A stretch of DNA of 64,000 nucleotides from Trichoplax adhaerens. Taxonomy: Eukaryota > Animalia > Placozoa. Shown here piece by piece: positions 22,097 to 36,600 of this stretch; the first letter of the stretch is position 1, and every line of letters begins with the position of its first letter. The position numbers and the translations under genes are program-made. The notes under the pieces were generated by a model, which did no database searches, was not told where the DNA came from, and worked only from the letters and a program-made list of their open reading frames with translations. The stretch lies in contig NW_002060954.1 in the NCBI RefSeq assembly GCF_000150275.1, positions 1,302,001 through 1,366,000 of the forward strand. Direction: 5' to 3'.

Positions 22097-23689
22097 TTGG
22101 AATATCAATAAAATACTACTTGTCAGATTGTGAATCACTTCGTACGATGGCAATTACTTTACTAGATCCGCTTGACTTATGCTAGAACGCCAACGAGATG
22201 TGCTGATGCAAGTTTATAATCTGTATCGTTACTTCTATTGCTGGTATAAGCTTAACTAATACAGTGCAACGTGTAATACTTGGACCTTCTTTAGCAATAT
22301 TATCAGGTCTAGCAATATACTTATTTCCATGTAGTGACGAAGGTTAATAAAGCTGGGTCCGAAATAATCTGAAATCTCCACTAAATCAACATGTTCATAA
22401 ATTGAGTGGGATGTATTTTAGTACTTATTTAGATACTGCATGGTTGGTGTCATTTCGAGAATATTTTTTTCATGACTCGTATTTTAACGAATACTTGCAA
22501 TAAAACAAAAATACATATACATAAGAAAATGTCGTTCAATCTCCATTTGAATAGTAGAAGATGTAACGGTGCTCTATTAGAAAATCAAAGGTAACCATAA
22601 GGATCCATAATATCGATATGTCGTGTCTTCTAGATTGTATTGGTTAGGCTAACCGTAATATTTTATAGTTGACATGCAAATTTTGAATTAAAGAAGTAAG
22701 CTCAATTAATACTGATAATATATTCTAAGATAATGCTATTTAAAAGCAAAGGTTTAATTTTGGCTACCAGAATATGAAATTACTTTGTAATACCCAACTT
22801 AATTCAAGCACATGTATCGAAAGCAACCGTATCACACTTTTATTAATATGATTAAGTGTTACTCTCCTACTTATGAATTATTTTTAGCAGCGAATTTTAA
22901 CATGGCTTAATAACGTAACAAACGACGGTAGAAATGCACTACCAAATAATTGATAGCTACCAGCGTAAGGTACAAATTGCTCTGAATTTCTAGTATATCC
23001 AAAGCAATTAGCACATCAAAATGTGACGTAAGTACGCACAAAGTAATAAATTCAAAGAAAATTAACAGATAGACTATCTTAGATGGATTCCTGAATAGGC
23101 ATGATGCTTGATCGACTAATTTGGAGCCGCGGTACAGAGTATCTAAAGACTAAACATTGCCATCTATTACTGTACAACCGCAGAATCAAGGCGAATCTAC
23201 AGCTTTAAAATTAAAATTGACTAGTATACAGTACGTTTTTACAACAAAAGTATATAAATATTAGAGCTAGTTGTAGTTAGTTGTTAGCTTACTGTCACAA
23301 ATCAAAATCTAACACGAGGAAATTACAACTACAACAAAGGCATTACACTACAAATCTACTGTCAGGCCAATACTCTCGACATCTAATTACAATACGACTC
23401 CAAATAATTTATAGCGAATCTACGTAATGTTTATCAATTTTCATCAGAGTATTGCATCAAATCAAAATGAAAGGCCAAGTGGCCACCCTTAGTGATATAA
23501 CGAATACTATTTTAAAAATCAGTACTCTGCAGAAATTGCTACCTTAGAGCTATTCGTTTTACATGAAGTAATCTTGAGGTAAAAAGTACTGTAAGAATCT
23601 TATACTGACCTATTGAAATGAACCCATAATCACAGTCATCTAACAGTAGTATAAATACCCCCGCGCTGCTCGTTGCAGTGGGTGGGATT

Positions 23690-25260
23690 TTATTATTGAT
23701 TAAACCTAACAATAATATTTTGCAGCTCAGCGTCCAATTAGAAATAAATAATGATAAATAGAAGTGGAAATTGCTATAACTCGCTGTTAATGCAAGTAAA
23801 TAAGACGTAGGTGGTAATTTCGAATTGACAGACTTATTAATATTGATTCAAGTTAATAACAATATTTTCATAGTTCGATGTTGAGTAGGAAAATGCAGGG
23901 ATAACGAAAATACGATAGAGCTTGATATGAGTGCAAGTATATAAAAATTGAAGGAAGTTGAAGAAACTGTAAACATTGATCTAAGTTAACAATAATATTA
24001 ATTATTTTTACAGCTAATGGTGAGTAGGAAAATAGTAATGACGAGGGCCAGGATATGGCAGCACTTTGTATAACTAGTTATAAAAGGTAGTAACTCAGAA
24101 TAAATGCGATTCCCAGATTAGAATAACTATAAAATTATTGATTTAAGCCAACAATTGTATTTCATAGATTGATGTTTAATAGAAATAATGGTAATAATAA
24201 TTATAATATAAAGAAAATAAGATCATGCTTACACGGGTCATTAAACTAGGAATAGATACGGTAGTATTTCCGAGTGGGATAATTATAAAATATTAACTTA
24301 ATTGAAGGATATTATTTTTATTTCCCAGAATATAAATTTAAGCTAAGAAGTAGAACATTTTTCCTTGCCTTTCTACTAAAATGAGTAAATTAAGATGATC
24401 GAATTTGTAGTTTGGGCTGATTCCTAACTATCGAACTAAAGTTGACAAATTAAATTATTTTACAGTTTAACATTAAGCAGATAAATAGTGATAACGAGAA
24501 ATGAGACATCCCTATATGGCTCGGTACCGATATAAGTAAATTAGAATAGATAGTAAATCCAAGTTGAGATAATTATACTGTAAGCTATCGATCTACGTTG
24601 ACAAGATTTATTTGGTAGCTCAATACTAAGCAAAAAGAATGATAAATAACAAGAATTAGTTAGAACTGATGACTAAAAGTGAATTGGAATACTTTGGATT
24701 GCAGTTTGAAGTGAGAGTAACTGTTATATTTTAATTTAACAAAATAATACTACTTTATAGGTTAATATCTAAGGAAGAAAGCTATTAATAACGAGAAATA
24801 GGATTATAGTTGAATGACTTACTATCAATATAAGTAAAAATAGAACGGACTTAATTTAAAGCTGAGATAATTATTGCTTGTAACTTAACAATAATATTGT
24901 TTCATGGCTTGGCACCAAACAGAAAAAATAGTAATAACGAGAAATTGAATTATTAGTGTATGGCTTGCTATTATTATAATCACAAATAAATTGGAATGGA
25001 TGATTTTTTCTCAATTTAGGATAATCATTTGATTTAAACTAACAATGATATTATATTACGGCTAAACACCATTAAGTAGACAAAAAACGTAATAACAAGA
25101 AATGGAATAATAATCTCTTCGGATTTTACTGAAAATATAAGTGAATTTTTAAATAGGCTAAAGTTGGGATAATTACTGATTTAATCTGACAATGAGATTA
25201 CTAAACCAAATATGAAGTAGAAAGAAAGCAGAAACTGATAATAAGTATAGGTATAAAATA
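23690..25260. repeat. Degenerate tandem array, ~11 units, mean period ~148 bp
   Basis: Anchor ATTGAT..AA(G/C)TTAACAATAATATT-like motif at 23695, 23842, 23975, 24137, 24292, 24430, 24587, ~24725, 24873, 25028, 25175; recurring (G/A)ATAACGAGAAAT and AAGTTG(A/G)GATAATTA. Confidence 0.7.
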
Positions 25261-27699
25261 GAATGATTGCTATATGACTAGCCTTGAGTATAAGAGGAAT
25301 AGACTGATTGATTGTGAAACCATGATTATAACATTAATTACACTTATTACCTATTATTATGAGAGTAATGATGCCAATATCATAGAATAGATACTGTTAA
25401 GTCAATAGAGAATTTGATTGATGCAATTTCGACGTAATTTATGACATCATAGGCAATCATCAAGTCAATAAATTAGAATTGACGTTAAATGTTAATAATC
25501 ATAAAATCAATATTGAATGACATGTTAGACAAATTAGCAAATGGTAACATGGCGATAAAATAGTGAAAGAGTCCATTGCATGCTTTGCATTATTTTTAAT
25601 TACTGGCATATAGGTATGCGATATTAAAAAACTGCAATATTACAAATACTATAGGATATAGAATGATATTTAAAGAATTTGTTTACCATTATTTTCAAGT
25701 TTTCTACCATATCTAGAGGTTAAAATTTTAGCAAATTTCACCTTCCACCTGCCGTTGTACACTGACTAAATATTACATATTATATACAGTATATTATATT
25801 GCTGTTATTGCCATTGTAGTAGAAGTAAGGCTTTTCTTACAGTACAGAAAATGCAATGTTGTTTAATGATGGTATTAGTCCTAGCAAATTAACGCTATAA
25901 TATGATCGAATCATCTATAGAGAGCTTATAACAATAGAAAGAAACAATAATAATATGTCTCGAATGAAAAGAGTGTTCCATGCTTTTACTAGATCAATTA
26001 AACAGCAGTGTATACTATCATTTCGTATTTAAAAAGTTCAATATTGGAAATAGTATTTATGACAGAAGAAACCAAATTTTAGTAATTTAAATTCGAGAGA
26101 CAAAGTATATTATATCAATTTAATTTTCTATTCGGTGTTTTGCAATCGAGGCTACAGTAACGCGACATAAAACTTGAACGTAAAATCCTAACATTATTTA
26201 TCATCGATGATTTAAAAATCTATCATACTCAATTTTTTAATCAAATTTTAGCTGAAATTCTTTCTTTCTTTCTATAATCTGTCATGACGTAAATAAATAA
26301 AAATTAACCCTAAACTAGACCTTGATTGAATTTATCAAAAGTATGAATTTATAACAACCACTTATGACGTTACTTAATATCAAGATCAAAACTTTAATTG
26401 ACCCTTCTCAATACTAATTTATCGTTGCTATTGCAACTCCATCTTAATACAGTAATACAATTTTTTGTTTGATTTTTGACTATAACGATGATATTGAACA
26501 AGGATTACAATAGCTAGTCTTGCTTTTCTGTAGTGTTATTAGAAAGAAAAGCGTAGTAAAATAGCTTAGACGACTTTTTCTATTCTTTGTCTCTCATCAA
26601 GAGACTTGTATAGTATATCGATTTAACAAATATATTTTTATATCAAATATATAGATATCTATTAATCGAGTCAATTATAAATTTCTCCTTGGTTTTGTCG
26701 TCCCTGTCTATCATTTTAATGCCATTTATTTTTAACACGCGGAATATCACAATTAATCTTGACGTAATAATTAGAATTGCAGTCTATATATCTTTCTTCG
26801 TCTGGAAAGATCAAAATCTATCGTCTATCATCTTTCCATAATTCATTAATAAAGCCAAGATAGGCCGATAACAGATCAAATAATACAACAAAGAAAGATT
26901 TTATTTTATCGATTGGTTACTAATCTATTTCTAGGTATTACAAATAAGAGCTTTTTCTGTGAAATTTATGTTATGATCGTAATTGATTAAAAATGAAACT
27001 AGAATGGAGTAACAAAATTGTGATAAAGTAGGGTAGATGTGGAAAATTCTTTCCATGATTGCAGATTAAGCTGGTCAAATAATTATAAATTGACAATCCA
27101 TTCCGATTTTTCCGTCAATATTTCCAAATATCAAATATTATCTATAAAAATTTATTCAATTTTTTGCGATTAGCAGTATAATTATAAGTAGTAACGTAAA
27201 TCTAAGATTGACGATAATTTCAATTGCTCACCAAATACTAGCAATCGAAGCATTCAACTATTTTTCTCATAGTTAGAGACTATAGCCTAGAAAGTCTTTC
27301 AACAGATATCACTACTTCAAAAATTTAATCAATCAATCAATAGCATTGAAATGACAATAGTATTGACTGCAATTTCAAGATAAAAATAACAATATCTAAC
27401 GAATTATTCATGAATATCATAATATCATCCATTCTTGGAAGGGTTCGCGATATAAAATCACAATAATTCATGTCAGTTCATAAAGAAAATGTATGCAAAA
27501 CTGTACAAAATTTTAATAATAGTTTAAGAGTACAATAATTTAATAGAACTCATTCTTAGACTGAATAATCTGCCTTATCATGCTTATTAGTATCATTTTT
27601 CCGCCATCATGAAAAATTAACCCTCAGTACCGCTATAAGTATAGTTTTAGCCATATTAACTAATACTATATTCATCTAGGTCATCTTTTAATAGAAAAT

Positions 27700-28040
27700 A
27701 AAGCAAAATTGTTATTAAAATTGACTTCTAGTTAGATTAATTCTTCACCCATCCACTGTTGTCGTTTGTATTAAAATAAAGTATAATTATTAAATTGGTT
27801 ATCGGTTAGATTAATCCTCCATCTATCTATACTATCAGTAATACGCGCATTAAAGTATAAATATTAAATTGCTAGTTAGATTAATTCTTTATCTGTCTAC
27901 TTTCATCATCTGTATTTAAATAATGTACAGTTATTAAAGTGACTATTAGTTAAATTAATCCGCTACCTATATGCTTCTGCCAGTTTTATTAAAATTATTA
28001 AAATTAAAGTATAATTATAAAATTGCTTACTAGTCAGGTT
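27700..28040. repeat. Degenerate tandem repeat, ~73 bp unit x4-5 (GTTAGATTAAT...AAAGTATAATTATTAAATTG)
   Basis: GTTA(G/A)ATTAA at 27731, 27805, 27875 and 27949. Confidence 0.75.
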
Positions 28041-29099
28041 TATTTGTGGTTTATCTTATCTTTTCGGCTAATTTACAATTAATTCTCGTCAATATAGCAA
28101 TCGTATTAAGTCCAGACTCGCACTACGATAGTTATTTCAATAATTTCCTGATTGCAATGAATTAATTATATAGTTATGTTACATGACTATGTTTAAATTC
28201 TTATCGTAGCAAATAAACATTAACAAAAATTAGTGAGATCCTATCTGCAATAAGTATCCAATAGTACACCTTCAACCAGTGACGATATGCAATAAAATAC
28301 GAATGTAAGATGTCACTTCCTATGCCTAAAAGTAGATAGAGTAGATAATTACGATTGAATTATTTTAAAATACTTTCTTGATGACTGCGTATATTAGCTA
28401 GGGAGTAAAGATAATGTCCTTCCAATTCAATGCGTTATGTAAAGAAGTTATTGAATCGAATAACATCTTAACTATACATTTATTGTCTTTATTTATTTTC
28501 AAATGATCTTTTGAAAGTTATTATTTTCAAAATCGTATCCAAGCTGCCGCCTTATATTATTGACAACTTTACGCTATGTAATGATATTTCTCTACCTTAG
28601 GTATAGTTTAACCATATAAGCGTAGAATGTGAACATGTCTTGGAGTAATTTTTAGATGATTGAATCTTAACAATCTATCTTTGCTGTATCACAGTAAAAT
28701 TATCATAGACGAGAAAAATTTTCCGTTGCCTGATATTTGCACTAGCTCGGTCGTTATAATATCATATTATCTTCCAATTTCAGGGTACTTCCTCGATAAA
28801 TTATTTCCGATATCAAATCTCGACTGTATAGATGCAATTTGTAATAATGAAAGTTGATTACCATATGTAGAAAAGTTTTCATTTTTCCTCAAATCAATAC
28901 TGACCATACAAACATTAGGGTTAAATTCATTCGCCATGTCCGGTCTTTACTAAATATATATTATTTAACATTTTAAAAATTTGCCACCGTAGGCTCACCA
29001 AATCATCTATCTTAATATTGTATGAGTTTATCTGATCATTAAAATTAAATATCTAGTTATCAGACAGAACATGGTATAGGAAGTAATAAAGTTATGAAA

Positions 29100-30300
29100 A
29101 AATTTAATTCATGATCTAAAAGTATGTTAACCGTACGGATACAATGTTTGACTATTTTCAATACTTCCTTGATAGTTATTTTTTAATAATTTTGTCTCTA
29201 TTAAATATTATCTAAATAAATTAGAGAAAATTCTTGAAACAGTTTTGATGTACCATAATAAATAGGCTAATAATTAATTACTTCTTAGAAGTATTAGTAT
29301 TATGAGATCTGTCGAATATTTCCTTAATAGATTGCGTTACCTAATATCAAATCTCGATTAAATTAAGATGATTTCAAATTGAAAACTATGACGATGAGTA
29401 AAATATTACCCGGTCTTAGTTAAAGTTAATAAAATATCTAACGTCAAATCTTGGCTTAGTAAAGGGGAAATCATATTGGAGATGAACATAACGGCACGTA
29501 AAATAAGTTTTTATGTCTTAATCAATGTTAATCATCCAGATCAATGATAACAAATCATTTTAACTACTTAGTTAATCATTATTTCCTATGATAGTGTCTT
29601 GACTTAATGAATGTTTTATCTCATTGAAAATAAAAGTCATGACGATTTATATTATATTTTTAAGTGTTCACCATAGTTCACTAGACAAGATGGATGACAT
29701 CTAATCACTTAAACTTCTTGGTTAGTTATTAACTTTCATGTTCAATTCTTGGCTAAATCTACATTGCATATATTAAAAATAATCTTAACGACATGCACAA
29801 AAAATCTGATGTCTTAATCAAGATTAACCACACAAATAAATGACAATTAATCATTTTAACTACTTGGTTAACCATTATTTTCTGTGATTGTGTCTTGGCT
29901 GAGTTATATTGAAAATATTCATGACGATATAGTAGAAAAAGTCTTGATGCCTTAATCAATGTTGACCATGTGAGTTACGTCTAACTACTTTAACTACTTC
30001 CTTAATAATCTAAATTAAGACTGTATCTAGGCTAAAAATAAAGGCAAAATGCATACGGGTAATTTTTAAACTAGACAAATAACATTTTGTGCCTCTAATC
30101 TATAATTATCATCTAAATATTGTCTCTGTAATTTCCAATACTTCCTTGATGCTTATTTTGATGATGATATCTTGGCTAAATAAACGTAGTATCATGTTAA
30201 AAATAATAATAGCGATATGTTATAAAAAGGTTTGTATGTCGTAATCTATGTAACCATACGAATTACGTCTAATCATTTAAAATACTTCCTTGATGGGCAA
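29100..30300. repeat. Degenerate tandem array, mean period ~144 bp, immediately upstream of Lhx1/5
   Basis: TCTTGGCT-like anchor at 29449, 29597, 29747, 29893, 30026, 30170; recurring ATGTCTTAATCAA and AATCATTTTAACTACTT / AATACTTCCTTGAT. Confidence 0.7.
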
Positions 30301-30659
30301 TACTATCCAATATTTTATCTTTACTGAATAGGTATCAAGTTACAATAATTATTCTTACGATAACGGTCCTGCCTGATTTTTTATTCTTCTTCCAATTTCA
30401 CTACTTGACTTTTTTTACAATACCCATAGTTAGAGAATTTTGAAAAGCTAACCAAGCACAAAATTCGAGGGCGGAGATAGGAATAGATTGGCAAGCGTTG
30501 TTTAAATTCTTCTTCTTTGCAAATAATTCTACTCTCTATTGTCGGCAAGATAATGGTTGTCAATAGAGGACATTGCTGTTATGTAATTGATCAGCTTCCT
30601 TTGCCTGGCTGTCTGTCTTTCGTATCATTGAATGGAAAACTTCATATCCTGAAAACTCC

Positions 30660-33600
30660 ATGTCTATAAATTTACATATCCATTCAGTATTGACACAAAT
30701 CTATCCAACTAGGTGAGTCTATAAATATATCTGCATCGATATTCATCTATCATCAGGCCCCTACAACTACAATCGATCCATCAAGAGTATTAGGCCATCG
30801 CTTTATCAGGTAATCTAATTCATTCCTGGCTAATTTTTACGGTTATCATTTCGTCATTTCGACTCTTCTTCCTCTTGTACTCTCTTGTATGCTGTTATCC
30901 ACGACTGAATTAGTGTAGAGAGTAAAAGGAAATAAAAGATCGAAAAATCTATAACATGTAGTTCTAATAAAGTTTCAATTCTAGAAAAATTGCGTCTAGA
31001 AATGATTAGAAAAAATGAACATAGATTAAATTATTTATTTTACCAACTTTTTACGAAAAGATAAATATCCAATTCATTACTAAAGTGTTGATTTGAGAGA
31101 GATAGAGCTAATAGTCTTTTTTTATCGATCCATTTCTTACAAGTTACATATTTTCATATTTAATATTCAGTCTATTTTCTTCTTGAAATTGATATTTACA
31201 TCGTTTGCATCATTCAAGTCATCCAGTGATTATCTATATAACCGATCTTTGATCTGATGCAATGAATTGAATACTTATACCCATAGGAAAGTTAATTTTT
31301 ACTCATCGACTTGGGAGGTTTCTTACTATCTCCTTTTTTTACTTTTGTCTTGAAATATTCGGAAATTAATTCTGAAGTAACTCTTACGTTAACGCTTTAT
31401 AAATTTTTATTTTCAAATTTGAGCAATTTTCTCTCCTTTTTCGTCTATTATCGCCACCATCATAATAATCTTAATAATGCACAATAATAACATGAATAAG
31501 AATAAGAATGATTAAACAAATTAATATTGCCTCTATCGATTAAAAATTTTTTAATCATTTTTAGATGCAAGTCCAAGCTGTAAGTACATGTAAGATAAGA
31601 TTAAACAAAAATTGGATTGGAAGTAAATACGTAAAAGATATACTTGGACAAGTTAAGGGTAAATTCGAGCCTATTTTCTATTTTACTCCATTGATACTCT
31701 TCTATCATGGCCGTCAACGCCAACTTATGGCTATAGTCATGACCAAGAATAAAGATAGTATATAGAAAGTGATGAACGTATAATCGGATGACAAGCTATC
31801 AACGTCCTAAGTAAATATCAACATAACCAACTCGCCTACATAACTATGAGTTCAAACTGTATTATCATGTTGCAACCGCAATCGCGGAAATACAAAATGA
31901 TAGACAATGATTCCGTTAATTTTTTATCAAGAGTCAATGTTATTTTAATAGAAAAGTTATGCAAAATAAAACATCAAATACAATTATAGTTTAAACTAGA
32001 ACTTTTCATTTAGCTAACTAAGTCATCGATACATCTTTTCATTCGATTTTATCTTTTCCTATTATATAAATCATGAAATAGCGTTATTACCGTGATAATG
32101 AATGATTAAACAACAGCATCACCGTTGTATTGAAATTGAAATTTTAATTACATCAATAACTACTTCTATCTAACATCTAACTTACCTCCTCTTTCTTTTC
32201 CTAATTTTAGATCGGATATGATCTCATGTGCCGGTTGCCAATTGCCAATATGTGATAAATTTCTCCTCAGCGTTTTAGATCGCAAATGGCATACCAAATG
32301 TGTTCAATGTTCACAATGTAAAGTGCAATTAAGTGAAAAATGCTTTAGTCGTGATGGCAAATTATACTGTCGAAATGATTTCTATAGGTAAGAAATTCCA
32401 TTTAAATATTAACTTTGAATACCGATTTACATGACCTCATTTTTATCTGATCAAATTACTGTCAAGTCAGTACTTTATTTTGGGATAGTACCAATTTAAA
32501 GGGAATTATGCTTTGATGTAGAGCAGTCGTATTAAAGTTTGGGAATATCTTAGACATTAAGAAAAGATGGCCAATGCCGGCTTTAAACGCTTTACTGCAT
32601 TGTTAGACAATGAATTAATAATCCATGATAGTACTGTATATCATGATTACAAATTCCCACGAGAACAAGCTTTTCTTGTCTTATCAGGGATCTTTCATGC
32701 TTTATAGAAAAAATTTTCTTAAAGAATTATGCCAAGAAAATTAAAATTGTGTCCAAAGGGTTAACCAGCATTTGTCAGTAAAGCTGATAATACCATTTTG
32801 CTATTCTATTCCCTTTAGTATGCCTTAAGAAGCATCAAAATGTTGAAAAATAATATTTCTTAACCTAAATTATATCGATAATTCTCCTATTAGTAGAACT
32901 GATGAAGAAGATTGTCTTCCCTATTTTTTGCATTGCATGTACGCTAAAGATTATGCCTTCTAAAGCGAATAGGGAATTTAATGATTTTTACTTTAAGCCT
33001 TTTGTTTGGTGTTCGATTGATATTGGTATTCTCGTGAATATCTATCAACTATAACTTTAAACTGGGTAAAAAAATACGATCAAAATGAAATCCAATTTAA
33101 TCTTGTTAATTTTACACGCTAAAGGACTTTTTAACAGGAGATATATCAATTATATCTATTAACATTCTACTTTATATTTAAGTACTATAGATATTTATTA
33201 CCGGATCTTTTGACCCACCTTTAGCTATTAAATATGTAATTTTGTTATAATTAAAAATCATTGACATCTACTGATCTGAAAGAGTGATATCTCAATTGAT
33301 AGTTGATAATTGTTGGTCATTTGTAGTTATACAGTAGTAGATTGCCTCTTGCCATACTATTGTTATAGATACATTACCAAGTTTATGAGTGCAAAAGCAC
33401 AGTTAGTGTACAACTTGAGAGATTCCTAATTATCTACTCTATGATTCAAAATCTCTTCAAAATTTTGATCTTGAGAAGTCTGTAACTTTTTTCCTTGTGT
33501 ATCGTACCTACTAAAGGTTACTCGCTGAGCTGCGATCAGCTATGCATTCATCAATCTTAATCCTCTAAATGACCCATAATGCTACTCAAAACTTGTGATC

Positions 33601-36600
33601 TTATCGATAGAAACTTCCAACGAGTGTATTTCACCTTGTAAATTATTAATTCAGTTTCGATATAAAAAATTCTTCATCTAAGCTATGTTAAAGCACCTAG
33701 TTATACATAACATTAGAAAAATTTTGATCTATCGATATCTGAAGCTGTCGTTTATGCTACACAATGGAAAGACATCGACAAATTAGAAAATGTAGTATGT
33801 TGTTATCTATATACACTTTAAGTAAATTGATCTGCTATATACTATGTCTAAACTATAAATATAATGCTAATCTACTGTTACTAGTACACTTTGGATAAAA
33901 GTTATCTAAAGGCACACGTTACTGAAATGTGACAAAAAATAATAATCAATCGTTAACTGTGTACTATAGATAATAATATCTAGTAGAATGACAAAATGAA
34001 ACATGTTACTTATATTGCTCATTCATAATAACCCTATCGAAGTTCATTAATCTTTTCACTAGTATTAGCAATAAACGTTTAATTTCGTTTCTAGGTTTCG
34101 ATTACATTACAATATTACTTGGTGATATTTTTCCAAACCATAATTATTTATTATCGATCGGTAATCGGTAAACCAGTTAATGGGTGTCATCATCGTTTAC
34201 TTAATTCACATTTTATGATCATGTTTGAATGCCCAAATTTGATACAATACATTATCTTTATTATGTATTAGTGTGATCTTGTAGTTAGCAAAATTAATAT
34301 GAAATGAGGATTTAGGTTCAATATTATAATGACTTAAAAATACCTTTGGTACTAAATGATTAAATAAAGATTAAAATTTACCCCTATACAATAATCGTTG
34401 TTACTATCATTTGTAGGCTACATTTACTTTAGCATCGGTTACATTTAGGATAATAATTAGCAGTGTATTCGTTATGTTGTAATGTATATGCTGGTCAATA
34501 TTAAAAATGTTTATCGAAATCAGACGGAAAACTCTTCGAAAATTATCTATTGTCTTCTTATATTGCTGCCATCGATATCAAGCAATGATCTGAATTTTAT
34601 CTACTATATTTCATCTTCAAATTATGACAATTAGGCTTTCGTTTTTGATTCTGGAAGGATTGAAAAAGGTCAACAAATTGTTTTTACTGTATAATTTTTT
34701 ATTCACTGTCATTGCGTTTGCGAGAGAATTATTTAATAATTATCTACAACTCCCCGATTTTAATTTATTTCTATGTTGTTGCTGCTTTTTCGTACTAGAT
34801 CATTGATCGGAAAAGTTCATCAAACGCTTCAAACTTTACATTCATTGTTTTTATTACTGTTCATTATGCTGCAGAATGATTGAAAATCCTACTTATTACC
34901 AGTATATCCTATTTTATCTTCGGATCTTTTCTTTATTATGAACTACAATGCTGCTGAAAGAGTTTATCGTTATCAATTTTATATGTTTCAACTTAATCTT
35001 CACTAGTCACCCTTGAGAATAATCAAAATTATTTATTCCAGTTTGATATTTTCCTTATTTTCGTCACTACCGCTAATCTTGGTTGGAAAGGTTCATTGAA
35101 CGTTTATTAACTTTATGTATCTTATTTTTTTCATCACTGCTACTGAAGTATTGTAAGCAAATTTTTGAGATTCACCTATTGCATTTTTATAATTCCATAG
35201 TTTTTCTTTAGTCTGTGACCGCTGTTGAAAGTATTATTAATAGCTCACCGAGCGCCTTCAATTTTCTTATTTTTCTACTCTTAGTCACGCTTGAGAAGGA
35301 TAAAGTAAGAGCTTTTTTCAATTTTGGCTACCTATTTTATCTTATTGACATTATTTGTTTATAGTATTGACTAAAAAAGCCAATGATCCAACACTTTCAA
35401 CTTTTCCATTCTCTAGAATTTAACTGATCAAGACTTGGTCAATTATGCATTACTTTATTTTAGAATATTTCCATGATTACTACTAGAGAATGATCTAAAG
35501 TTGCTTTATTTAACTCTTAACTTTCTTTGTTCCATTATAGTTAATGTCCCTCCTACCACAGATAAGCTTGAATAATTGTATATTCATATCATGACATACA
35601 TATATATAATTTAATTTGTGTTTTCAAGGATTACCGGTAAAAATTTTGCCTACCACCGCTATGCTTTTAGCTTCATATTTCTCATCATTATCTCGATGTT
35701 GTTGATACTAAAGATCTATGCTAAGTTTATATTGATAACTGAATATAAATAATAGCTACAAAGTATTTCATTATACTGTATCATTCTCATTAGTGATGGC
35801 TTTAAGACAACATCGGATATTAAAGTTTTACCTCTTGCCTTACTGCTATCAGTTATGGTAGAGATTTGATCGAAATTCCATCTTTATATAATACTCTAAC
35901 TTTCATAGTTCTCAATTATTCCCTGGTCAATTCCTAACAAGACAATGATCTAGAGTTGTCGTAGTTCCTGTTTCTAATTATTAATATATTTAATCTTTAT
36001 TATGCTGCATTTCATACTTGAGAAGTTATCTTGTTATGGTAATCTTAAATGCCCATGCTTGAGGTACCGCATCGAAAATTTGTCACAAACCGGCTTCGTG
36101 ACAAGGATAACGTAAACAAATCTCTAAATTACTATAGTCTCCGGGATTCGGTATCCCTTAACTACCTCACAAGAATTTAGACGCCTTTGATTCTAGGTTA
36201 AACTCAACTAGACGATTGAGAACTACTTTCTTCAACTATCTGACGGGCTTATATACCCTTCTACAGCAGCTAACATTCACGAGTCATCTTATAAAAATAC
36301 TTAGGTGAGAACATCTACTAACTAATTTTTCACGTTCGGACTACAACATGTCCATTCACAGAATCATTTCAGTGCACATTACTGCACAGCATTAAATTTA
36401 CTGTAACACATTTATAATTAGAGTAATTCCTATTGTAGGTAACTAGTTGTAATATATTATCACTATATTATATTAACCAAATTTAAATAGCTATTTTTTC
36501 ACGGTAGTTCGTACCGTGACGTACCTTAATGCCGTTTATTTCGCTTTCTATAATTTGGTAGAAAGTTTCAACATTTCGTTAAATGTGCTTTCGTATCGCG

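Noticed and set aside
29759-29959. 66-aa minus-strand ORF in the 144-bp array as a remnant of a repeat protein (LRR/ankyrin)
   Set aside because: Unit lengths are not consistently multiples of 3 and no repeat-protein consensus is visible.
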